Virus record (IMG/VR): IMGVR_UViG_3300005529_000035
Location: 1 to 63,576 of that record
Source of the DNA: a virus
Taxonomy: Duplodnaviria > Caudoviricetes
Direction: 5' to 3' (one strand)
DNA length: 63,576 nt
Within the stretch, counting starts at the first letter, position 1. The number at the start of each line of letters is the position of its first letter. The notes under the pieces were generated by a model. It had not been told where the DNA came from. It ran no database searches and saw nothing but the letters and a program-made list of their open reading frames with translations. This document shows, one piece after another, positions 1 to 9,404 of this stretch. The translations under genes and the position numbers were made by a program.

Positions 1-239
1 ATGTGGACGCCGGGGCGGCCTGCGAGGAACAGGAGCATGCGGTCGAAGTCCTCGCGCTCGGGGCGGCTGGCGCCGACCTTGCGGAACGCGGTCCGGTCTG
101 TGTCTGTGAACTCGGCGATCACCCGGCCGCCGCGGCTCGTAATGTGGGCGGTGGTGATAGTCCGCTGGCGTGCGATACCTGCCCGGCCTTTGGATTTGCG
201 CAGGTAGAGGACGTACTCGGTGGCCGGCTTGTCGTCCAT
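1..239 (-). CDS. int: Serine recombinase / large serine integrase, N-terminal catalytic domain (truncated by window)
   Basis: Manual translation MDDKPATEYVLYLRKSKGRAGIARQR...IAEFTDTDRTAF...RPEREDFDRML shows the YxRxS catalytic motif and resolvase-fold signatures; leaderless -10 CATACT 6 nt before the ATG. Confidence 0.85.
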   Translation of the reverse strand, partial: MDDKPATEYVLYLRKSKGRAGIARQRTITTAHITSRGGRVIAEFTDTDRTAFRKVGASRPEREDFDRMLLFLAGRPGVH

Positions 240-244
240 GCCGT

Positions 245-286
245 AAGTATGGCACAACTACCATTAGCCGTAGCTATGCCGTATTT
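245..286. other. Putative attP site
   Basis: Imperfect inverted repeat AAGTATGGCACAACTAC-8nt-GTAGCTATGCCGTATTT (13/17 match) immediately upstream of the serine integrase. Confidence 0.55.
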
Positions 287-557
287 GAGCCACTGCTAGG
301 ATGCTGCCCGTGTGGACGGCGGCCCAGGTTCGGGCCACGCCCGTTATGCCGCTTCCGGTCACCCGCAAACCCCCAGGTCAGGGGTGCAGACGGCGCAACC
401 GGCACACACGGTCACATGTTAACAACGCACGGTAAACGCGCAAGGTCAGACGAGCGTCAAACCTTCGCCTAGAGCAAGCGCAGCCGTCCGCGCGGCAGTT
501 GCCCCGGGCCCGGGGCGAGGACGGGACTTAGGTACCTACTCCACAAGGAGAGCAAGA

Positions 558-1142
558 ATGCGCAACTTCCTGATCAAGGCCATCCCTCTTGCGGGTGTGC
601 TGTGCCTGACCGCGATTGGCTTCGCGGGCTCGGCGAGTGCCAAGGTCGTGCCTGCGGCGTCCTTCGGGTGCGACAACAACACCAGCTTCTTCTGCGGCTC
701 ACAGGAGTTCGCCGCACCGGCCGACCAGGTCTGGAACGTCTACCACGGCGGCCAGGGTGCCCGCGGCCAGAAGATCACCGAGTGGGCGGCGTCCGACGCG
801 GTGAACACCGACTTCTACGCCATTAACGAGAACGGGCTCAGCAGCGGCACTGGCGGTGGCAAGGACAAGACGTTTGAGTACGCCCCGAACGGCCATCGCT
901 CTGGCTGGTGCGTCTCGTTCCCGTCCACGGCCCAGTTCACCGGGGCGGTTCTGCGGCACTGCAACTCCAGCGTGTGGCAGACGTTCGAGCCCATCTACGT
1001 CGACGGCACCTTCGTGGCGTGGAAGAACCTTGCCAGCGGCTTCGTGGTCACCGACCCGGGCTACGCCAGCAACGGCACCCGGCAGCTGGTGCAGGAGGCG
1101 TACCTCGGCACCAAGAACCAGCAGGAGCAGTTCATCGGGTAA
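558..1142 (+). CDS. Secreted protein with ricin-B/beta-trefoil lectin-like domain (moron)
   Basis: AAGGAG RBS, signal peptide ending ASA, WCV...LRHCNSSVWQTF and QxF/W-like motifs; opposite strand to the late operon. Confidence 0.6.
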   Translation: MRNFLIKAIPLAGVLCLTAIGFAGSASAKVVPAASFGCDNNTSFFCGSQEFAAPADQVWNVYHGGQGARGQKITEWAASDAVNTDFYAINENGLSSGTGGGKDKTFEYAPNGHRSGWCVSFPSTAQFTGAVLRHCNSSVWQTFEPIYVDGTFVAWKNLASGFVVTDPGYASNGTRQLVQEAYLGTKNQQEQFIG

Positions 1143-1221
1143 CCCGCTAGACGCGGTGCCCGGCCTCGGGGCGGGCACCGTTGGGGCTGCCGGACCGGAA
1201 TGGGTTCCCTTCCGTAGCCCT

Positions 1222-1256
1222 GGACCCCCTCCAGTTGCGCTAGCTGGAGGGGGTCC
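1222..1256. terminator. Hairpin terminator downstream of the moron
   Basis: GGACCCCCTCCAG...CTGGAGGGGGTCC perfect stem. Confidence 0.6.
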
Positions 1257-1385
1257 GCCATTTCCAGACACCCAAAACGGGCCCCGCCTAGCGCGGGGGA
1301 AATGCCGCTAGACGGGGCCCAGGATCACCGATACCCCACCCCCGGGGTTTGATGATGTGGCCCCATCGTAGTGCCCGGAGACGCC

Positions 1386-1422
1386 AAAAACCGGCCCGCC
1401 CTCCCGAAGGAGAGCGGGCCGG
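1386..1422 (-). terminator. Intrinsic terminator of the late operon
   Basis: CCGGCCCGC-CTCC-gaa-GGAG-GCGGGCCGG stem followed by a T-run on the minus strand, just after the last lysis gene. Confidence 0.7.
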
Positions 1423-1438
1423 TTGCGGCTCTGCGAGT

Positions 1439-1678
1439 CTACGTGCCGGAGTGCGGCGCTTCGAGTTTGCCGGCTTCCTTCACGATGTACGCGGCGAGGA
1501 ACCCGGCCACGACACCCACGACGGCACTGATGGCGTTAGCCGTGGCGGCGTCCTGGTGGAACCCGAGCTTCGTGACCGCCCAGGTGACACCGAAGCCGAG
1601 CACGTTGGTGAACACCTGGGTCAGCACCTTGACATTAGGCAGCCAGGTCACGGTGGGTTCGGGGTCAGCGTGAGCCAT
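1439..1678 (-). CDS. Holin-like small membrane protein
   Basis: 79 aa, two hydrophobic helices, directly downstream of the endolysin. Confidence 0.6.
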   Translation of the reverse strand: MAHADPEPTVTWLPNVKVLTQVFTNVLGFGVTWAVTKLGFHQDAATANAISAVVGVVAGFLAAYIVKEAGKLEAPHSGT

Positions 1679-1687
1679 GACGCCTCC

Positions 1688-2470
1688 TCATGAGCCGTGC
1701 ACCTTCAGCGTGCTTCCCTTGGCCATCGGCGCAGTGTGCGCGGCGGCCATCTCGTCGATGTACTCAGCGGTGCCCTGGTCGAACCGGCCCTGCGCGACAG
1801 CCGTCAGGCGCAGGATCGTGGACGCGTCGGTGTTCGTCTTCTCGGCGATGTCAGCGAGCGATTCGGTGCCTGAGGCGACGTGATCCACGGCTGCCACGGT
1901 GTCCCCTTGTCCCGCCCGGATGGCCTTGGCGCGGGCGATGATCTCGGGCCGCTGTGACGACCGCACATGCTTCGGCGGCAGGTCGGGGCACGTGTGACCA
2001 CCCCATGCGCCGCCGCCCATGTAGTGCACGCCGAGGCCGCGCTCAGACGGCGAGTTGGCCTCCTGCAGCGGGAAGCCTGCGAACGCGCTCAGGCATTCCA
2101 GGATCTGCGCCCCGGCGGTCAGCTGAGCATCGGTCATCGGGTTGTTCGGGTTGCCGTTGTCGGCGAACTCGCAGCTGTACCACGTGCGGTTGCCCGCCAC
2201 CTGTGCCCACGAGTACAGGCCGAGGCCGACGCCGATGAACTGGTGGATGTGCCCGGTCTCATCGACGCCGAAGAAGGCGCTCGCCTGGAACGACGGGGTG
2301 TTGAATGCCTTGATCGCGCTGGCGAGGGTGCCGACCATGGTGTGCTGGACGAGGCCGTTCATGGCACCGCTGCCGGAGCCATGGTTCGGGCAGGGCCACG
2401 GGTCGTTGTAAGAGATGCTGGCTGGCCCGCGGAGCCGGCCGTCAGAGCCGACTGTGAGCTTGCCGGTCAC
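1688..2470 (-). CDS. Endolysin, N-acetylmuramoyl-L-alanine amidase (Amidase_2 type) with LysM-like C-terminus
   Basis: VQHT, SAFF, CEFAD and GHTCPD Zn-amidase motifs; start reassigned to a GTG overlapping the upstream stop (GTGA). Confidence 0.85.
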   Translation of the reverse strand: MTGKLTVGSDGRLRGPASISYNDPWPCPNHGSGSGAMNGLVQHTMVGTLASAIKAFNTPSFQASAFFGVDETGHIHQFIGVGLGLYSWAQVAGNRTWYSCEFADNGNPNNPMTDAQLTAGAQILECLSAFAGFPLQEANSPSERGLGVHYMGGGAWGGHTCPDLPPKHVRSSQRPEIIARAKAIRAGQGDTVAAVDHVASGTESLADIAEKTNTDASTILRLTAVAQGRFDQGTAEYIDEMAAAHTAPMAKGSTLKVHGS

Positions 2471-2631
2471 GACCGGCGCACCCACACTGCGGTCGGCGCC
2501 GCCCAGTACAGCACGAGCAGCACGCCGATGGCGCCGATGAGGATGGCCACGGCATGAGCGACAGTCAGGCCGCCCACCCACAGCACAACAGCAACGACGA
2601 CCAGTGCAAGACCTATGAGCGCTGCGATCAT
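2467..2631 (-). CDS. Small two-TM membrane protein (54 aa) in the lysis cassette
   Basis: Manual translation MIAALIGLALVVVAVVLWVGGLTVAHAVAILIGAIGVLLVLYWAAPTAVWVRRS; translationally coupled on both sides. Confidence 0.7.
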   Translation of the reverse strand: MIAALIGLALVVVAVVLWVGGLTVAHAVAILIGAIGVLLVLYWAAPTAVWVRRS

Positions 2632-3119
2632 GGAGTGCCTCCTTCTCTGCGTGCCGCCTTCGGTTTCGGCTGCGCCCTGGCCTTCGGGGCGACGCGCTCG
2701 GCGTCGGCCTTCAGCGCCCCGTTGGCTACGACGAGCCGGTGGATCTCTGCGGTGAGCGCATGCACCAGGGACGTGAGCTCCCGGTTGCCCTTGATCTCGG
2801 CCAGCGCGGTTTCGTTGGTCTGGTAGTCATGCTCGGCTTTGATCCGGTCGTGCTCGGACTGCCGGTTCTGGGACAGCAGGATCAGTGGTGCGGCGTAGGT
2901 GGCCTGTGCGGAGAACGCCAGGTTCAGCAGGATGAACGGGTAGGGATCCCAGCGGAAGGCGACGACGGCGGCGTTGATGGCGACCCACAGAATGATCACG
3001 GCGGTCATCCAGGCGATGAACTTCAGCGACCCAAAGAAACATACGAATCTGTCCACCGCCCGGTCGGTCCGTGACTGGTCGTCGTGGAGGGCCTGGTTGG
3101 CGGGGTGCCTGTGCCTCAT
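2628..3119 (-). CDS. DUF1003 membrane protein
   Basis: WDPYPFILLNLAFSAQATYAAPLILLSQNRQ signature. Confidence 0.85.
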   Translation of the reverse strand: MRHRHPANQALHDDQSRTDRAVDRFVCFFGSLKFIAWMTAVIILWVAINAAVVAFRWDPYPFILLNLAFSAQATYAAPLILLSQNRQSEHDRIKAEHDYQTNETALAEIKGNRELTSLVHALTAEIHRLVVANGALKADAERVAPKARAQPKPKAARREGGTP

Positions 3120-3125
3120 GGCCAG

Positions 3126-3575
3126 TTAGCCGGTCCCCTTGATGCGGTAGAGCCGGGCGCAGTTGCGCGGAGCCTCGGCCTTGTCAACGAGGGCCAGGAA
3201 GCCCTGCACGGCCTTGCGCTGCTTGCGGATCTGCGCCTTCGGGGTTCCTGGCGCTGGCTTCGACAGCATGGCCAGCTCGTGCCAGATCAGGTCCTGCTTG
3301 GCGCGGGTCTGGTTCCCGGCCTGGCAGGCCGTGACGTTCGTGGCGTGCAGCTGGTTGAGCGTCACGGCGTTGTCGTGGACCTTGACCGCGAACACGGTCA
3401 CCACGATGCTCAGCGCCACGTCGAGGAGCACCGAGACGATGGTGAGCCACACGATGTGGCGGGTGCGGCGCCCATAGGCGTTGACGGCTTTGAGTTCGTC
3501 CCGCATGCCCGTCAGCGCGCCCGTGAGGCCCTTGGCCGTCTCCAGTGCCTCACGGTCCGGGGTGGGCACGGTCAT
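3126..3575 (-). CDS. Single-TM protein with extracytoplasmic Cys pair (lysis cassette)
   Basis: TM helix followed by a coiled region with two Cys; position in the lysis cassette. Confidence 0.6.
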   Translation of the reverse strand: MTVPTPDREALETAKGLTGALTGMRDELKAVNAYGRRTRHIVWLTIVSVLLDVALSIVVTVFAVKVHDNAVTLNQLHATNVTACQAGNQTRAKQDLIWHELAMLSKPAPGTPKAQIRKQRKAVQGFLALVDKAEAPRNCARLYRIKGTG

Positions 3576-3724
3576 TGCGGTACCAGCCTTTCCTCGGACT
3601 CCGGGGGATGCTGTGGCGGGCGCGTCAGGATCGCGGACAGCGCTTCAACGTTCGCGGCGAGACGGTCCAGCAGCGCGTCGAGGTCGGCCGTGACCTTGCG
3701 GACCTCAGAGTCCCGGGTTGCCAC
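3572..3724 (-). CDS. Small helical hypothetical protein (50 aa)
   Basis: Manual translation MATRDSEVRKVTADLDALLDRLAANVEALSAIL...; GGAGG RBS; ATGA overlap. Confidence 0.55.
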   Translation of the reverse strand: MATRDSEVRKVTADLDALLDRLAANVEALSAILTRPPQHPPESEERLVPQ

Positions 3725-3948
3725 CGGACCTCCCTGCTGGTTCCTCAGGTGTCAGGCTGGCGAGACGGCCTAACAGGTAGGACACCTGGGCGGCCTGGGC
3801 GATGGCGGTGGCGGCGAGCTCGCGGGCTTCTTCGTCGCTCATGCTGCCTCCGTGGGTCAGCGCCATGGCCGCGATCGACGCGGCGTCGGGGAGGCCCGCG
3901 GCACGGGCACGGGCGCGGGCTGCCATCAGCCGCGCCTCGTCCGAAACC

Positions 3949-4440
<492 letters not shown>

Positions 4441-4555
4441 CGCTCACTCCCTCGCCTGGTTGTCCCCGCCTGCTGCGGGCTGGCCCGGAAGTTCCCGGCC
4501 GGATTGGTGATCGCCGGCGTGGCGTGTGCGCTGTCATGGTGGCGTGCTGGTGCTG

Positions 4556-7500
4556 TCAGGCGAAATGGGTGATGATCAGCGCAAACCCTGGGCCGCCAGC
4601 CCCCCCGGCACCAGAGGTAACAGCACCCCCAGAGCCCGGGTAGAACGCCGCCCCGCCACCGCCTCCCCCACCGCCGATAAAGGCTGTTGCCCCGGACTGG
4701 GCCGTGGCACCGGCCGTGTTGACACTGGCACCCCCGCCTCCCCCACCGCTCGGCGTGCCCTTGACCGTGGGCGCCGTCCCGGTACCCGGGGAGGCTCCGC
4801 CCGCGACCCCGGCCGACCCCGTGTTCGCATTCGAGCCACTGGACGAATACTGGCCCAGGCCGCCATTCTCGGTGGCCGCGGTGGTGGCCCCGCCCCCGCC
4901 CCCGCCACCGCCACCGCCACCTCCGATGCCGCCGGCGCCCCCGGCGGCGGCACCAGTGCCGCCAGTTCCGCCCTGGCCGCCGCCGTACGGCGTGTTAACG
5001 CTGGTGTTCAGGCCTGGTGACGCGCCTCCTGATGCGGTTCCGCCATTGCCCGGATTGCCGCCAGAAGCGGTCAGGTAAGCCCCGAAAGTAGTGGCCCCCC
5101 CGGTGGTGCCCGCGTTACCGCTCGTGGCAGTCGTCCCGCTGACCGCCGCCCCGGCAGAGTTGCCCCCTGTGCCGACCGTGCCCGTTACCGAACTGGGCAG
5201 GTCCGCAGCGACGAAAGAGCGGAAGTTCATGACCCCGCCGTTGCCGCCACTGCCGCCGCCCGCGTTGCCGGTGATCTCAACGGCCCCTGAGCCGCCCTGC
5301 CCGCCGCCGCCGCAGATGAGCACGTCCACGGTGGCCGCGCCGCCGGGCTTGGTCCAGGTGTAGGACCCGGTTGCGGTGACCCACTGCACAGACGGCGCCG
5401 ACGCGCCCGGCTGGGCCCAGCCACCGGCCACGTAGACCCACAGGGGGTTGACGGTGGCGTCCGTCTGGACGTACTGCGACCCGGTAGCGGCGGCCAGGGT
5501 GGGCGTGCCGGTGCCGTAGTAAGAGACCCGCTGCGCCGTGGTGCTGGCCGCGTAAGCGATCATCACGCCCGGCTGTGCGTGGACCTCGTTGACCCCGAGA
5601 TTCGACCCGCCGGCGAACCAGATGTCGGCAACAGTGTGACCGCCGTAGACGTTGTCCTCGGTGACGATGTTCCCGGCGCACGTGGAGGTGGAGACGCCCA
5701 GGAACGCCAGCCCGTACTGCTGGGCGGCCACACCGGATTCAGCGGTGGTGTCGCTGACGAACGAGTTCCCCGAGAACGTGGTGTTCTGGCAGATGGCCTG
5801 CACTTCGCCGATGGTGGAGGCGGTGTTGTTATATACCCAGGTGCCGCCGTGGAACGAGTTCCCGGAGACCACCGAGTTATTGCCGTACATGTAAAGGCAT
5901 GTGGAGCCCTGGTGGCGTACCACGTTATTTGAGATGACGTGATAGTTGCCGTGGGCGATGGTGATCCCGGCGTCCTGGCCGTCGTGGATATAGTTGCCGG
6001 TGACCTGGGATTCCCACCCGTAGATGGAGCACTGGTCGGACCAGTTCGCGAAGAACTCGCAGTCGGTGACCCGCACATGCCATGAGGCGTAGTTGAAGTT
6101 CATGGCGTAGTTGGGCCGGACGGTCAGCACCTCGTAGAGCGTGCCGGAGGGCGGGGTGACGTTGTTGCCCGCGTAGTCGGTCCAGTGCGTGACCGTGATC
6201 GTGGTCGCAGTGTTCGACTGGATCTGGCCAACGATCATGGCGTAGATCGTGTAAGCGGTTGAGACTGCGGGCGCGGATACGGGCTGCCAGGTGGTCAGCG
6301 ACCGCCACGGCGAGATCGCCAGCGTGATCCCGTCCGCGCAGACATCCTCGACCATCGCCCACGCGGCTGAGGTGCGGATGATGTCACCGCGGCCGACGAG
6401 GCCGTATGAGGAGGTGCTGGTGAAATGCGCGGCTGAGTCGATGAGCTGCAGCTGCTGGGAGGTGGTGATGGTGCCCGTCGTGCGGGTGGGCATGACCCGG
6501 ACGTTGTCGAACTGCGGCAGCGCGGGTGAGGTGGGGAAGCTGGCGCCAGTGTCGGTCAGGACCGTGGACGAGTAAGTGACCGTGCCGCCGGAGTGGGTGG
6601 GCGTCCCGGCCTGGGCGGTGGTCGCGGCGGGAATCAGCCACCACGAGCCGTTGAAGTAGCAGTGGTCGATCTCGACGTCGTCGATCATGGAGGCGTACGG
6701 GTCGCCGCCGGCGAAGGTGCCTGAGTTGCCGTTGATGCCGTTGACGTAGGACTCGAACTCGCAGTACGACAGGCGGATCCGCCGCGCGCCATTGGTGAGC
6801 GTGATGAATGTCCCGTTCGGCCGCCCGGTCTGCGAGTTGCCGGTGAACTTGCAGTGAGTGAACTTGACCCCTGATGACTGGTTAAGGTTCACGCCGGCGT
6901 GGCCGCTGTCGGCGCCGGGGCCAGGGTCGGGGTTGCGGAACGTCACGTGGTCGAACTCGAGGCCCTGGACGTGGCTGCCGGAATGGGAGACCAGGTTCGC
7001 GGCGAGGAACAGGCCGTCGATGACCAGGTTCGTGACCCGGAATCCTGACCCTGGTGAGGACGCTGAGGTGGCGATGAGCGCGGCCATCGACCCGGACGGC
7101 TGGATGACGGTGCCTGCCTGGCCGCGCAGTTCGACGTTGGTGCCGCCCGGGGTGATTCCGGACCCGGAGACGGTGATGGTGGTGCCGGGCAGCAGCACCA
7201 CGCCGCCGGAGGGTGCGGCGGCGATGGCCCGGTTGACTGACGCAGTGGCGTCGGTGTCGCCTGCCTGGGCGTAGTCGCCGCTGTAGAGGGCCAGTTTCCC
7301 GGCCGTGACGAACGCGCCAAGGACACCAGCGGTCAGCGCCTGGTAGACGGTGAACCCCGCCGTGTGGGCGACGGGGGTTGTGGACTCCGCGCCCCGGGTG
7401 ACCGTCCACGTCGTCCCGGACACGTTGGTGACGATCATGATCTCGGTGGGGTGGGCGCGGTCCACGATACGGAACTGGCTGACCCCCGTGGCGGCGGCGG

Positions 7501-7618
7501 GGAAGCCCGTGGAACTGGCCACCGACCACGTTTCGGACGTGCCGCCTGCGGGCGCGGTCGTGCCGCCTGAGGTGACGGTTGTGGTCGGGCCGTTGCTGGC
7601 GAAGATGTCCTGAGCCAC
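4556..7618 (-). CDS. Tail spike/receptor-binding protein with pectate-lyase-like beta-helix and Gly-rich C-terminus
   Basis: DATASVNRAIAAA...GGVVLLP tailspike motif, repeated Asn-ladder beta-helix turns, V(L)ICGGGG(Q)GG glycine-rich domain. Confidence 0.8.
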   Translation of the reverse strand: MAQDIFASNGPTTTVTSGGTTAPAGGTSETWSVASSTGFPAAATGVSQFRIVDRAHPTEIMIVTNVSGTTWTVTRGAESTTPVAHTAGFTVYQALTAGVLGAFVTAGKLALYSGDYAQAGDTDATASVNRAIAAAPSGGVVLLPGTTITVSGSGITPGGTNVELRGQAGTVIQPSGSMAALIATSASSPGSGFRVTNLVIDGLFLAANLVSHSGSHVQGLEFDHVTFRNPDPGPGADSGHAGVNLNQSSGVKFTHCKFTGNSQTGRPNGTFITLTNGARRIRLSYCEFESYVNGINGNSGTFAGGDPYASMIDDVEIDHCYFNGSWWLIPAATTAQAGTPTHSGGTVTYSSTVLTDTGASFPTSPALPQFDNVRVMPTRTTGTITTSQQLQLIDSAAHFTSTSSYGLVGRGDIIRTSAAWAMVEDVCADGITLAISPWRSLTTWQPVSAPAVSTAYTIYAMIVGQIQSNTATTITVTHWTDYAGNNVTPPSGTLYEVLTVRPNYAMNFNYASWHVRVTDCEFFANWSDQCSIYGWESQVTGNYIHDGQDAGITIAHGNYHVISNNVVRHQGSTCLYMYGNNSVVSGNSFHGGTWVYNNTASTIGEVQAICQNTTFSGNSFVSDTTAESGVAAQQYGLAFLGVSTSTCAGNIVTEDNVYGGHTVADIWFAGGSNLGVNEVHAQPGVMIAYAASTTAQRVSYYGTGTPTLAAATGSQYVQTDATVNPLWVYVAGGWAQPGASAPSVQWVTATGSYTWTKPGGAATVDVLICGGGGQGGSGAVEITGNAGGGSGGNGGVMNFRSFVAADLPSSVTGTVGTGGNSAGAAVSGTTATSGNAGTTGGATTFGAYLTASGGNPGNGGTASGGASPGLNTSVNTPYGGGQGGTGGTGAAAGGAGGIGGGGGGGGGGGGATTAATENGGLGQYSSSGSNANTGSAGVAGGASPGTGTAPTVKGTPSGGGGGGASVNTAGATAQSGATAFIGGGGGGGGAAFYPGSGGAVTSGAGGAGGPGFALIITHFA

Positions 7619-7667
7619 CAGCGCTCCCCTCGGGTCGTGGTCGCGTAATAGCAGTCGAGGAAAGGGG

Positions 7668-7880
7668 CTAGATGCGGACGGGCGCGAAGGCGCTGCTGGT
7701 GCCGCTGGCAGTGCCGTCAGTTCCGCCTGTGAACGTGTCGGCGGTCACCCAGTCCACGCCCGTGCCCGGGGTCTGCCCGGTGTTCGCCGTGGTGCAGACG
7801 TAGAAGGTGCCGCCGTAGGTGACCGAGTCGTCCACCCCGTAGGCCGTGCCGCTGTCCCAGGTGCCGCGCCAGTTCGCCAC
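7668..7880 (-). CDS. Small carbohydrate-binding module protein (CBM5/12-like)
   Basis: WDSGTAYGVDDSVTYGGTFYVC...PG...W pattern. Confidence 0.7.
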   Translation of the reverse strand: MANWRGTWDSGTAYGVDDSVTYGGTFYVCTTANTGQTPGTGVDWVTADTFTGGTDGTASGTSSAFAPVRI

Positions 7881-7890
7881 GGGCCCTCCC

Positions 7891-9384
7891 TCAGATCTGC
7901 ATCGGGGCGAATGATGACGCAGGGGCCGCCCAGGTGCCGTCAGCGCGCAGGAACTGGGCGGTGCTGCCAGTCGGCGTGGCGATCGCGGTCCCCTGGATTT
8001 TCGCCACCGTGGGCGCCGCGGACGTGCCGCCGAGGTCCCCGGCGACAGCTGCGCCGTTCAGGTTCGCCAGCGCTGCTGCTGCGGTGGCAGCCCCGGTGCC
8101 GCCATGCGTGGTCGTCAGGACCCCGCTGTTCTCGATGGACAGGGTGCTGCCGGACTGAGCCAGCCCAGCACCCGCCGTGACTGTCCCCGCGCCTGAGAAC
8201 TGCGTGAACGTGATGGGGTCGGTGCCGAGAGTGACGAAGCCGCTGTTGGTGCACACCCAGCCCGTGAGCGCGTTGGATGTCCCGGCCTGGGCGAACGTGA
8301 ACGCGGACTGCACCTCGTTGCCCGCGTCCATGTCGGCGGCCCGGTCCAGTATCCACGGCGTCGACACCGACCCGTGATCGGTCACGGTGAAGATGCCGTT
8401 GTTCGGCGCGTTCCCGCTGGTCTCGTCTTTCACCAGCACCCGGTCACCGTTGGAGACGCTGACACCGTCAATGGTGAGCGCGCCGTTCCCGGTTTCGGTC
8501 AGCGTGCTCGAGGTCGCGCCGTAAGTGGCCAGTGCACCCGTGGTGGCCACACGCACCGTGCCCTTGACCTGCAGGCCCGTAGCCACGGCGTCCACGTAGG
8601 ACTTGGTGGCCACGTCCAGGGCGTTGACCGGCGCCTGCGCCTGGACTTCCCCGGTGAAGGTCTTGGCTCCGCCGATGGTCTGGCTGCTGCTCAGGTCGAC
8701 GAAGTTCTGGGTGCCCGAGCCTGTGCCCCCGGCCGTGACCGGCAGCGGTGAGGGCTGCGTGGCGATGCTGGTGAGCCCCAGGCTGGCCCGCGCGGTGGCA
8801 GTGTTGGTGAGGTCGGACAGGTTGGCGGCTATCTGCGCGGCGCCAGCCTCAGCGGTTTCCGCCCGCGCGATCTCCGATGTGAGGGCCGAGGCGGCAGCCA
8901 CGTTGGCCCCGGCCAGCGTCGACCACGACCCGTTCCCCGACCCGTCCGAGGTCAGCAGGTCACCGGCTGCCGCGCCGCCGGGGATCCGCAGCGGTGGTGA
9001 GCCGTTCAGCACCAGCGTGCCCGCGAGCGCACCGCCAGCGCCCAGGCTGCCCGCTGAGGACGCGGGCTGGATGTCGGACAGGTACTGGACATCGCCGTCA
9101 GTGAACGGCAGCAGGATCGCGTATGCGGCCGGGGCGCCCGGGAACTGCGGGTTCACGAGCCACGCCCACGTGTCCGGGTTCAGGTCCGCGTTGTCAGTCG
9201 CCAGGAGGGTGGCGAAGTTCACGCCCGTGGTGAGGTCGACCACGACCGGCGTCTGGGTGACGATCAGGTTCTCCGGCGCTGCCAGCAGGATGGAGACCGG
9301 CGTGAAGGTGACCGAGCCCTGCCGGATGGGGTAGCCGTCGCCGCCGGTGTAGTTCAGGACGAGGGTCACGTAATTCAGGCTCAC
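7891..9384 (-). CDS. Tail fibre protein
   Basis: DVATKSYVD, VRVATT and GDRVLVKDET...NGIF motifs; start reassigned to a GTG homologous to the start of 9405..11591. Confidence 0.75.
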   Translation of the reverse strand: MSLNYVTLVLNYTGGDGYPIRQGSVTFTPVSILLAAPENLIVTQTPVVVDLTTGVNFATLLATDNADLNPDTWAWLVNPQFPGAPAAYAILLPFTDGDVQYLSDIQPASSAGSLGAGGALAGTLVLNGSPPLRIPGGAAAGDLLTSDGSGNGSWSTLAGANVAAASALTSEIARAETAEAGAAQIAANLSDLTNTATARASLGLTSIATQPSPLPVTAGGTGSGTQNFVDLSSSQTIGGAKTFTGEVQAQAPVNALDVATKSYVDAVATGLQVKGTVRVATTGALATYGATSSTLTETGNGALTIDGVSVSNGDRVLVKDETSGNAPNNGIFTVTDHGSVSTPWILDRAADMDAGNEVQSAFTFAQAGTSNALTGWVCTNSGFVTLGTDPITFTQFSGAGTVTAGAGLAQSGSTLSIENSGVLTTTHGGTGAATAAAALANLNGAAVAGDLGGTSAAPTVAKIQGTAIATPTGSTAQFLRADGTWAAPASSFAPMQI

Positions 9385-9404
9385 CGGATCCCACCCCCGG
9401 GCAT

